Origin: Candidatus Poribacteria bacterium
Lineage (GTDB): Bacteria > Poribacteria > WGA-4E > UBA9662
Direction of reading: 5' to 3'
Length of the DNA: 17,489 nucleotides
Assembly: GCA_046582655.1 (NCBI GenBank)
Contig: JAYGDX010000333.1
Span: 1 to 17,489, forward strand
The first letter of the stretch is position 1, and the number at the start of each line of letters is the position of its first letter. This document shows positions 1 through 8,582 of this stretch, in pieces. The notes below the pieces were generated by a model. It was not told the origin of the DNA and ran no database searches. It was given only the letters and a program-made list of their open reading frames with translations. The position numbers and the translations under genes are program-made.

Positions 1-34
1 ACATACGTTTTATGGTCGCCATAGTCTAATTGTG

Positions 35-65
35 TTGAGTATTAGTTATAGAGTACGATATAACT
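35..65 (+). promoter_or_regulatory. Putative sigma70 promoter overlapped by an inverted-repeat operator
   Basis: TTGAGT (35-40), 18 nt, TATAAC (59-64). Perfect inverted repeat AGTTATA (44-50)-N8-TATAACT (59-65) overlaps the -10 box, upstream of the dehydrogenase gene. Confidence 0.4.
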
Positions 66-192
66 CAAGCAAACAGGCTTTTAATTGTTTGTGTTTTATG
101 GTACTTTTTTCAGATAAGTAAATACAGAGAAATAATAATAGTTAAACTATCAGTGGCATAGATGATAGAAAACTATTTTTAGGGGAATCAGA

Positions 193-1209
193 ATGAAAGT
201 TGCTGCCATGTTTGGCAATGGTAAGGCAGGATTGATAGATAAACCAGACCCAACACCTAAAGAGGATATTGTCCTTGTCAAAATTCATGCTGTGCCTATG
301 TGCACTGAATACAAGGGCTTCGAATCTGAACGTGAAGCTGATAGCTTTGGTCATGAAGCGGCAGGTGAAGTGGTTGAAGTTGCTCAGCCGGGCTCAGTTA
401 AAGTAGGAGATCGTGTCGTGGTACAGCCACAAAACGCCTGTGGAAAGTGTTCTTTGTGTTTGATCGGTGAGCATATCCACTGTCAGAACGGTCGGAATGT
501 ACGCCAAATTACTGGATCAAGCACGGGGACGGCAACCTTTGCCCAATATATACTGAAACAAGACTATCTCCTGTCGTCAATTCCGGATGGGATTAGCTAC
601 GAACATGCTGGTATGGCATGCTGTGGACTTGGACCAACCTTCGGGGCTATGACGCAAATGCAGGTCCATGCTCATGATACGGTACTAATCACTGGATTGG
701 GGGCTGTTGGTCTGGGCGGTGTCGTTAATGCAAATTATCTTGGCGCGCGTATTATTGGTGTGGAAAGTCATCCCTACCGTGCAAATTTGGCGAAAGAGCT
801 AGGAGCTGAAACCGTCCTTAATCCTAATGATGAAAATACATTGGAACAGATTATGGATCTAACAGATGGCATTGGCGTTGACAAGGCGTTAGATTGCTCC
901 GGAGCATCGCAGGCTCACCGACTGATGGTTGACTCAGTTCGACGCAAGGGACAGGTATGCTTCATTGGCGAAGGCGGTGAATTCCCTCTGGCGGCTAGTC
1001 GAGATATGGTCCGTAAAGGACTAGTTTTACGAGGAAATTGGCATTACAATCTTGGAGACTACACGAAGTTGATCAGGACCATTGGGCAATCGGCAGATCA
1101 ACTCGACAAGTATATTACGCATACTTTCCCGATGAGTCAAGTTCAACAGGCATGGGAAGTACAAACCACAGGTGAATGCGGTAAAGTTGTTTTGAACCCT
1201 TGGACTTAG
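193..1209 (+). CDS. Zn-dependent medium-chain dehydrogenase/reductase (sugar/polyol or threonine dehydrogenase-like)
   Basis: 338 aa. GHEAAGEVVEV motif, structural-Zn CGKCSLC..C cluster, Rossmann GLGAVG, C-terminal THTFP..GKVVL. Purine-rich RBS (AGGGGA) upstream. Confidence 0.92.
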   Translation: MKVAAMFGNGKAGLIDKPDPTPKEDIVLVKIHAVPMCTEYKGFESEREADSFGHEAAGEVVEVAQPGSVKVGDRVVVQPQNACGKCSLCLIGEHIHCQNGRNVRQITGSSTGTATFAQYILKQDYLLSSIPDGISYEHAGMACCGLGPTFGAMTQMQVHAHDTVLITGLGAVGLGGVVNANYLGARIIGVESHPYRANLAKELGAETVLNPNDENTLEQIMDLTDGIGVDKALDCSGASQAHRLMVDSVRRKGQVCFIGEGGEFPLAASRDMVRKGLVLRGNWHYNLGDYTKLIRTIGQSADQLDKYITHTFPMSQVQQAWEVQTTGECGKVVLNPWT

Positions 1210-1271
1210 CCTCTTGAGTTCTGATTCAGATTCAGGCTAAGAACACATAATTATCTACAGGAGAATACTTA

Positions 1272-2240
1272 ATGGAGAAACTGAACAGCGACCCCCAACA
1301 GGGAAACGATGATCATTGGACTACCTATCAAGGAACTGGTGCAGGTAAACATATTGTTCTTGTTAGTGGTGATGAGGAATATAGATCAGAAGAAGCCTTG
1401 CCGATGCTAGCAAAGATTCTTGCTATTCATCATGGGTTCAAATGTACTGTACTTTTCGCCATTGATCCTGAAACCGGAATCATTGATCCAAAGAACCAAA
1501 CCAATATACCCGGGCTCCACCATCTTGAAACTGCTGATATGATGATACTTTTTACTCGGTTTCGAGAACTACCCGATCAACAAATGAAGTATATCATTGA
1601 CTATACAAATCGAGGTAAGCCGATTATGGGACTGCGGACAGCGACGCACGCTTTCAACTATACCCGAAACCTGCAGAGCCCTTATGCCAAATATGACTTC
1701 AAAAATGAAGATTTTCCTGGTGGATACGGACAACAAATTCTAGGAGAAACATGGATTAACCATCACGGTCACCATGGCAAAGAAAGTGCTCGCGGTATCA
1801 TAAATGAAGAAATGGTAGCACACCCTATTTTACAAGGTGTTCAAAATGTCTGGGGGCCATCTGATGTATATACAGTGAACGAGCTGACAGGTGATGCGCA
1901 TGTGTTGGTTTGGGGACAGGTTTTGGTCGGAATGGAGCCGACAGACGAACCCAATCTTGACAAGCCACAAATGCCCTTAGCTTGGATTAAAACCTATACT
2001 GGCGATACAGGAAAGACATCACGCGTGTTCTGCACCACCATGGGAGCATCCGTCGATTTGGAGAATGAAGGATTACGGCGTCTTTTGGTGAATTCCTGCT
2101 ACTGGTGTATGGAAATGGAGGATCAGATCCCTGCTGAAAGTCAAGTTGAGTATGTTGGTGAATATCAGCCGACTTTCTTTGGTTTCGGAACTTATCAAAA
2201 GGGAATGCGACCTTCTGATTTCGGCCTCCAATTAAAATGA
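1272..2240 (+). CDS. ThuA-like (class I glutamine amidotransferase-like fold) protein
   Basis: 322 aa. HIVLVSGDEEYRSEEALPMLAKIL, GLRTATHAF, PLAW and RVFCTTMG motifs typical of PVC-type ThuA-domain proteins. GGGAG RBS. Confidence 0.8.
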   Translation: MEKLNSDPQQGNDDHWTTYQGTGAGKHIVLVSGDEEYRSEEALPMLAKILAIHHGFKCTVLFAIDPETGIIDPKNQTNIPGLHHLETADMMILFTRFRELPDQQMKYIIDYTNRGKPIMGLRTATHAFNYTRNLQSPYAKYDFKNEDFPGGYGQQILGETWINHHGHHGKESARGIINEEMVAHPILQGVQNVWGPSDVYTVNELTGDAHVLVWGQVLVGMEPTDEPNLDKPQMPLAWIKTYTGDTGKTSRVFCTTMGASVDLENEGLRRLLVNSCYWCMEMEDQIPAESQVEYVGEYQPTFFGFGTYQKGMRPSDFGLQLK

Positions 2241-2267
2241 TATTTTCTATTTGTACTTGAGCTAATT

Positions 2268-3056
2268 ATGTCTAAACTAGATCTGCGTGTTCGTTATTTT
2301 CAAGACAGCACCCCTCTGGACATTCCGTGCCGAGAAGAAAATTTTGTTCGAAGGCATATTCAAATGCCGCTTCCTTTGGAACAAACGGCACTTGTTCTAG
2401 TAGATGTTTGGAATGTTCACTTTATTGAAAGTTGGATTGAGCGTGCTAGTAAAATTACAAGAGAGGTGATCCTCCCAGTTTTAGAGGCCGCTCGTCAAAA
2501 GCGGTTGGCTATTATTCACGCTCCCTCCCCACCCGTAGCGGAACAGTTCGACCAGTTGGGTGATCGTGTGTCATCTCCAACAATCCCGAAGCCTATATGG
2601 CCTCCAACTGAATTCCGTCATCGGTCTGGCGAGTACGCTGTGTTTCGTGGACCTCGTAGCCAGCCACCAGGCATTGGTGTACACTGGGATCCGATTGTTG
2701 ATCAGTTGTCAATCTCGTCTTTAATTGATGTCCTAAAAGAGGAGTATGTCATCGCTACTGGTCAGCAACTCCACGACCTATTAGCTCAAAAGGGCATCTT
2801 GCATTTGATCTACGTTGGCTTTGCCACCAACTGGTGTGTCTTGGGTCGTGATTACGGTATCCGCGCCATGTCTAGTCGTGGTTACAACATCATCCTTCTG
2901 CGGGAGGCAACCACCGGCGTCGAGTTCCCAGACACGGTAGATCAACTGTTTACTACGGAGATTGCGATTCGGGAGGTCGAGCAGCAATATGGATTTACCT
3001 CCTCCAAAAAAGATTTTTTGCGCGCATGCCAGACATTGAATCGCGATAATCCATGA
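2268..3056 (+). CDS. Isochorismatase/nicotinamidase-family cysteine hydrolase
   Basis: 262 aa. TALVLVDVW (catalytic Asp), LIYVGFATNWCV (nucleophilic Cys), RGYNIILLREAT. Confidence 0.85.
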   Translation: MSKLDLRVRYFQDSTPLDIPCREENFVRRHIQMPLPLEQTALVLVDVWNVHFIESWIERASKITREVILPVLEAARQKRLAIIHAPSPPVAEQFDQLGDRVSSPTIPKPIWPPTEFRHRSGEYAVFRGPRSQPPGIGVHWDPIVDQLSISSLIDVLKEEYVIATGQQLHDLLAQKGILHLIYVGFATNWCVLGRDYGIRAMSSRGYNIILLREATTGVEFPDTVDQLFTTEIAIREVEQQYGFTSSKKDFLRACQTLNRDNP

Positions 3057-3255
3057 TTTTGCAAGCAAAAATGACCAAAATACAGCATATAAGAGCTGAG
3101 ACTAGATCGACCTCGTGTTTATGCTCTTTGGATCCAAGTTCTAAAAACCTTTGGTCTAGAGCGATAGCTTCCATATTCAACTTAACTTAATGATCTTGGG
3201 GTCATGTTGTCGTGAAATGCAGAGGCTGTCAAGTTAGTTAGTGCCCGACGCAAAC

Positions 3256-4667
3256 ATGAAACACTTCGTTATTCTTTTCGCAGTTGCCACTCTCTTGTTC
3301 CTCTCATTTTTGCGACAACATGCGTGGCGGACTTATATCCACAGACAATCTTTGGGGTGCGGCCCACGGTTGAGCAGTTCAAGGCTGAGATTGTCCGGGC
3401 TGACCTGGTCATCCGAGCCCGTGTGACGGAGATCCTCTTCCACCGCGGCGGTAACCACGCTGACGAGGATGTACGCGTTGAAGTTCTCAAGGTTTATAAA
3501 GGGAAGCCCTCCTCGACTTGTCCATGTGTTCGCATCGAAATCTACTGGCACTGGGCTTGGGATGAAGTCGATACACCGAGGCTTCCGAGAGTTGGTGACG
3601 AAGTGATTCTACCGATCGAGGCGATCCCGGCGCGCGCTGGATCATTGCCACCTGATGGTCAGGATCTCCACTACATGGTGCCGTTTTATTACTCGGTCGG
3701 GAAGGATGATCGAGTCAGTTCCATCTTTGACTTTCCTCCGCCGATGCGGGTACATGCGGCAACGGTTGAGCAGTTCGAGGCACTGATTGCTGAAGCGTTG
3801 CGGAGGCCTCATCTGCCACGTCGGCACTGTAAGTTGGGTGCGGTGCTGTTCACTGATGACTTTGATGATGGCTCTCTAGCTGGCTGGACGTTTCTCGAAG
3901 GTACAAAGATCCGAAAGCGGCATAAGACAGGCGAGTTTGTTTGGCGGGACGCAGTTGGCTACTTGTGGGTTGGTCCTGACACGGTCAAGGATCCGAAACT
4001 GGAGTTCCACGTTACGCGCGACTCGAAGACTGGCCTCTTTCGTGGCGAGCGACATTCCACGCCCGTCGAATTTGGCGTCGTTAATGGGCGACTTCGGTTG
4101 CGTAGCCATCATTACCTTCATCACATTACCGCGGTGACAGGTGATCCCGAGTGGACCGGCTATCAGGTTGATGTCGACATGTGGAAATTCAGAGAACTAC
4201 CGCACCCGAGTGGCCCCACTGATTATAGGAAATTCGGGGCCTACGGCCGAGTATCTGTGCCTAACTTTCCGTTCACTCGGGGCGAGCATTCGTTCGTGGC
4301 GGTGGAGATTGGCAATTATGCTAACTATGACGTGTCGGAGAGAACATGGGGTGACTCGGCCTTTCAGATACGCTGTAAGTATCCGGAGCCAGTGTACCTT
4401 GAGCGCGATCCGAGCCGTATCCTCCGCTACACTCAAATTCTTGACTATATTGGTTTCGTCGTTCCAGAGGCAATGAAGATGCACTTAACGGCGCGCTTTA
4501 CTGGACGCTACGTGGAAGGTTGGATCGACGGTGAAAAAATCCTCGAAGGCGAAATCCCGGCCGATCACCCAGGCATGGGGAAGGGACGCATTGCTCTCTG
4601 GACCTTTGAGACGTTTGCGGAGTTTGATAACCTGAAAGTCACTCAACTTGTGGAGGTCGATGAATGA
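3256..4667 (+). pseudogene. Secreted TIMP/NTR-like + ConA/DUF1080-like protein, paralog 1; signal peptide out of frame (447-aa body 3324-4667 is open)
   Basis: ATG 3256 gives the signal-like MKHFVILFAVATLLFLS; the frame then shifts at CTCTCATTTTT (3301-3311) into FATTCVA|DLYPQ. N-domain ADLVIRARV..VEVLKVYKG; C-domain LFTDDFDDGSLAGW..GDPEWTGY..GRIALWTFETFAEFDNLKV. Confidence 0.7.
3366..3789 (+). repeat. Imperfect 28-bp direct repeat (3366-3393 and 3762-3789)
   Basis: ACGGTTGAGCAGTTCaAGGCtgaGATTG versus ACGGTTGAGCAGTTCgAGGCactGATTG, 24/28 identical; encodes TVEQFKAEI and TVEQFEALI. Confidence 0.75.
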
Positions 4668-6108
4668 TAAAGAGGATGTTCCATCAGATCTTGTTTTCAA
4701 GCATAGCTCTGCTTCCTATGTTTGCTCTTGGCCTCGGTTCAGCCGCGTCATATGCCGCTGGCAAACACCCGATTGATCTCTTTCGCGGCGAGCGTCACCC
4801 GACCGAGGTGGAGTTCCGCGAGGAGATGCGTGCGGCGGACGTCATAATATGTGGACGTGTCCAGGAGATCTGTCGGATCGAGGAGGGCGGCTTCCACCCG
4901 GAAGTAGTCGCAAGAATTGACGTCCGCCGTACCTACAAGGGAGAGCTCCCTGACACAAATCCCTGTATCAGGATGGAGATTGTCGGCGCCTCGAGGTTGA
5001 TCATGGGGGATCATGGGGGTGGCGGACACCTACGTCCTTACACCCCACTTGCCTGGCATCGACGACGAAGTGATCTTGCCGATCTTTCTGGTTCAACCGC
5101 GTGTCCATGTTCCGCCGGTTGGTCAGAGGTTTCATTACATGGTGCCGGAGTTCTACCGTGTCGGTGCTGATGGCAGAGTGAGTTCGAACGTGCCGTTCCC
5201 GCTAGACATGGCCCGGCAGTCAAGCCTCGCGCGAATCGAGTCGATCATTCTTGAAGAGGTGAAGCGAGTTCCTCTAGGCCAACGGTATAAGCTCGGCGAA
5301 GTTCTCTTTTCCGAGGACCTTGACGATGAATCGTTAGCGGGATGGATGTTTCTCCAGGGCGTGCAGGATTCGCGACCGGATGGCACGGAGACCTGGATTG
5401 CCCCGAACTACGTGTTCCGCTGGGACAGCCGTGCGGTACACAGGGCCGAGCGCAATCCAGAGACTGGTCTCTACCGGTTCAAGCATCGCGACCGGAAAAC
5501 ACTCAGCGAGTTCGGGGTTGTGAACGGCCGGCTCCGCTTGCGCACATCGCGTGTCCTACAGCCTATCACGGCGGTGATAGGCGATCCAGAATGGACCGAC
5601 TATCAGATCGACGTCGACCTCTTCACTTTCTCCGATCCTAGCAATCCAATAGAACGTCGCCGCAACTATCTCAAGTTTGGTCCCTACGGCCGAGTCCTCA
5701 TACCAAATTTTCCCGAAACGAAGGGTGAGCACTCGTTCGTCTCGGTCGAGGTCGGCACGTTTGGTAATTACGACTTGGCAGAGCGGTCGTTTGGAAATTC
5801 TGCCATTTAGATCCGCTGCAAGTATCCTGAGCATCCGGTTGTCTCGCGTGACCATGGTCGCGTTCTGCGGACGACGAAGATACTTGATTTCGATGCTTGG
5901 AGGTTCGAGGATGGCAAGAAACTGCACTTAACGGCTAAGTTCTACGGCCGTCAGGTCGAGGGGGTGGATCGATGGTGGGAAGGTTCTCGAGGGCGAAATT
6001 CCGGCTGATCATCCTGGCGCGGCCAAGGGGCGCATTGCCCTCTGGACCTTCGAGACATGGTCGGAGTTCGATAACTTGAAGGTAACACGACTAGTGCCGG
6101 CAAAATAG
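4664..6108 (+). pseudogene. Secreted TIMP/NTR-like + ConA/DUF1080-like protein, paralog 2 (three lesions)
   Basis: ATGA overlap with paralog 1; signal peptide ending ASYA. Colinear with paralog 1 (EFGVVNGRLRLR, GDPEWT, KFGxYGRV, GEHSFV, IRCKYPE, EGEIPADHPG, KGRIALWTFE, EFDNLKV) after repairing the 10-bp duplication (4999-5018), TAG 5808-5810 (CAG/Gln in paralog 1) and an extra G in 5960-5964. Stop TAG 6106-6108. Confidence 0.92.
4999..5018 (+). repeat. Perfect 10-bp tandem duplication GATCATGGGG x2
   Basis: Removing one copy joins ORF 4664 to ORF 5013 in frame (..RLIMGVADTYVLTPHLP..). Confidence 0.9.
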
Positions 6109-6123
6109 CAGAAACGAATGTAG

Positions 6124-6209
6124 AGAAAAGGACAACTTTTCTGCCTTTTGCACGAGGGTGAACATCTACAGAGGATTCTCGTTTCACTTCGACATGGTGA
6201 TCATGTCGA
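6124..6209. terminator. Two hairpins between convergent transcription units
   Basis: AGAAAAG-N5-CTTTTCT (6124-6142) followed by GCCTTTT, and TCGACATG-N5-CATGTCGA (6189-6209). U-tracts are weak. Confidence 0.3.
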
Positions 6210-6359
6210 GACCTTTACGATTAGCCGAATTGGCTTCACTACATCAAGCGGCGCGAGTTGCAGGTTGGATACCTTGGTCGCTGTTTGTTCCATGAAAATC
6301 TGGAATTGGTATTTGACCATTTCTTGAGGGAATTGATTTGCGATTGTCTGGTCCATCAT
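6201..6359 (-). CDS. Small hypothetical protein (~52 aa), remote similarity to the 8583-8861 protein
   Basis: ATG 6359 lies 1 nt after the TGA of the upstream small ORF; MMDQTIANQFPQEMVKYQFQIFMEQTATKVSNLQLAPLDVVKPIRLIVKVST. Confidence 0.4.
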   Translation of the reverse strand: MMDQTIANQFPQEMVKYQFQIFMEQTATKVSNLQLAPLDVVKPIRLIVKVST

Positions 6360-6360
6360 T

Positions 6361-6561
6361 TCATTTTCCAAACTCGATGGGGATATGTCTAGTGTCAATT
6401 TTTACTCGCTCTTTGGTGAGTAACGCAACTTGGTGCTGCAGGTGTGTTGTGCACTGTCCTGCCGTAGAATAGCAGTGATCTCCAAGCTCTTCCCACAGAT
6501 GTCCAGCATGGAAATGTCATGGCTGCGCTTGAGGAACTTTCTTCCAGTTTTAGTTTTTCAT
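6361..6561 (-). pseudogene. Disrupted small ORF (66 codons) sharing its C-terminus with the 8583-8861 protein
   Basis: GAAAGG then ATG 6561; internal stops TAA 6552-6550 and TGA 6519-6517; ends ..VALLTKERVKIDTRHIPIEFGK* versus ..LNLIQEQQIDTISIPIELPA*. Confidence 0.45.
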
Positions 6562-6603
6562 GGTGTACTTGCCTTTCTCTTCCTCAGCATCTTCGATTTT
6601 AGG

Positions 6604-8528
6604 CTATTGTCCGGTTGGTCCGTCAAACGGTGCAAGAAGAAAATGAACCAGGTCTTTCACTTCTGCTTGAGTAAGGTGACTTGTGCGTCCATGGCGGTCG
6701 TCCGGGTTGTACGTTGTGATAACGTCTTGCAACGTTTTTGCGCGACCGTCGTGGAGATACGGAGCACTAACCCATAGAGCATGCAGGCTTGGAACGTCGG
6801 CCCGAATACCCGTGCCTATATCGAGTAATTTGCTAGTTGGAAGTGATCCGGAGATTGTCAGGTTTGAACCTCGATGGCAGCGATTTCAACCGACGCGCGA
6901 ACTTGTAAACAGACGTCGACCACATCTTGCGGAGTCGAGGATCTCCACACGAGGAAGTGTCCCATCCATGTGAGGGCTGAGCCGTGGTTTGAGTCCGAGG
7001 ATAAACGCCGCCAAACCGTCAAGTTCGCGTGACTTCCCTGCCAATTCCGCAGATAACGGAGTTCCTTTTTCTCGCAGGAAGCCGCTTCCTCCGAGGAAGG
7101 AGCGGATGAACTTCTCTTCCTCTTGTACCGAGCGGTATGTGCCCTGAATAAGAATTGGGGGGGCGCTCCAGCCTGTAATACTAAGAGGCTTGGTGTTGAC
7201 GAGACGCGGAGAGGAGGGTTTCTGATTTTCTGTGAACTCCCACACTAGGTTGTCGGAGAGGTTTCCACCGTCTAAATGGCAGCATCCACATGCAAGCCAA
7301 CGATTTGGTGTCATGCGCGTGTCGCGCGAATTGTGGAAGACATGGGCTCCAAACGCTCGAAGCTCGTCCCATGGTTCCTGTGTAATCTGGACCTTGTGCG
7401 CAAGGTTCGGTCTGCGGATATCGGCGATCGTTACTTGGGCAATTGAGCGTGCCCAACGGCAGTTGAAGAATATGGTACGACCGTCACGCGTCAACGCAAG
7501 CCCCGTTGGGCACGCAGGCAGCTCGAAGAGTGTGCGCTCGGCGACGATGCCACGCTCGTTGTAGGCTATCAGCTTGAAGTCGTGCGAGACCGAATAGACG
7601 TCGATGAAGTGTTTCCCCGAAGGCAAAAAAGCAACTGCCGACGGCATTGCAACGGCTTGCCCCGAAAAGCTCGAGATAATCCGAGAACGGGGAACTTCCT
7701 CCCCTTTCTCGAGGTCCAGCACGCGGGCGACCGCCTGCATGGTGGTCTTGTGACTGAGTGCGTGCCGACTCTGGCTCAGGCCACGGCGCACGTTGGCGTG
7801 CACTCCAACTACCAGTGCACGGGGAGCGCACGGGTGGAGGGCAATGCTGCTGATTGCGGTAAAGACACCGCCTGCCTGCCCCACCAGACTATATCATTAT
7901 CTTCCGGTAGATGGATTTCACGTTGAAGCTCACAGCTGTCTGTACCAATGACGCTCACGAGACCAACGCTATTGTGTGCGAAAAAGTGGGTTACGTAGAG
8001 ACTCCGGCGCTTGTCGTCGAGAGCTAGCGCGAACGGAAAGGGCTTGACAGGTATCTTCTTGATGACTGATCGTTTCACGAGGTCAACTACTGCGATGGTG
8101 CCTGGTGAGTATACCCCATCTATGTAGTCGCCAGCGAATTCCGAGACGAACGCACGTCGTCCGTCCGCGCTGAGTACGACGCCAAGAGGTTGGCCCGCTA
8201 GCTCAATCGTCGCTGTGCGCTGGCCTTTTTCCAGATCGACGATAGCAAGTGTCTGCGAACGCTGCGTGGTGACGTAGATGGTGTGTCCATCCGGCGAGAC
8301 GGCAAGCGTCCGTGGCTCGTCGCCGACCGCTACCTCACACACTTCCCCCAACTCCAATCGGTTCCATAGGCTGATCGATCCGCTATCTTGGTTGACTGCG
8401 CAGACAATCTTTTCCTCGGGTGTCAACACGATCGTTGAACTCGTTGCGGCATGGAGAATAGCTGAAAGGCACACGCTTGCGATTGAGCCGTAGATCGAAC
8501 TCCGGATTGTTCTGTATTTGTCTGCCAT
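6604..8528 (-). pseudogene. Secreted YVTN/YncE beta-propeller fused to a di-heme cytochrome c (bCcP/MauG-superfamily-like) domain
   Basis: Signal-like N-terminus; propeller repeats VAVGDEPRTLALSPDG-type (VAVGDEPRTLAVSPDGHTIYVT, PLGVVLSADGRRAFV, PFALALD); frameshift near 7870-7895; CGCCH (7290-7276); [TGA]NRCH (6888-6874). The frame continues DIGTG..DVPSLHALWVSAPYLHDGRAKTLQDV..HGRTSHLTQAEVKDLVHFLL to TAG 6606-6604. Start could also be 8546 or 8570. Confidence 0.88.
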
Positions 8529-8582
8529 TCGTTCTTCGTCTTTCATCGGAGACGACAGTCTACCAACCAAGAGAATACCGAG

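Larger units (their letters stand above)
3241..8580. other. GC-elevated accessory block (likely horizontally acquired), now decaying
   Basis: Hand counts: line 4801 36/60 GC versus line 1441 23/60 and line 8761 15/60. Every long gene inside is disrupted while flanking genes are intact. No integrase or clear att repeat seen; boundaries approximate. Confidence 0.65.

Noticed and set aside
2995..3180. 61-aa minus-strand ORF and a weak long hairpin (3102-3110 with 3151-3159)
   Set aside because: Overlaps the hydrolase 3' end, shows no family signal, and the pairing relies on G-U wobbles; cannot support a gene or ncRNA.
5808..5810. Amber readthrough or pyrrolysine at the in-frame TAG
   Set aside because: It aligns to CAG (Gln) in paralog 1, a simple C>T change, and the gene has two further frameshifts.
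3324..6108. Diversity-generating retroelement or CRISPR explanation for the repeated segments
   Set aside because: Similarity extends across whole genes with changes at all bases; no reverse transcriptase, adenine-specific TR/VR pair or regularly spaced repeats.
6430..6973. Plus-strand ORFs 6430-6777 and 6683-6973
   Set aside because: They are antisense to the conserved C-terminus of the di-heme gene (APYLHDG frame).
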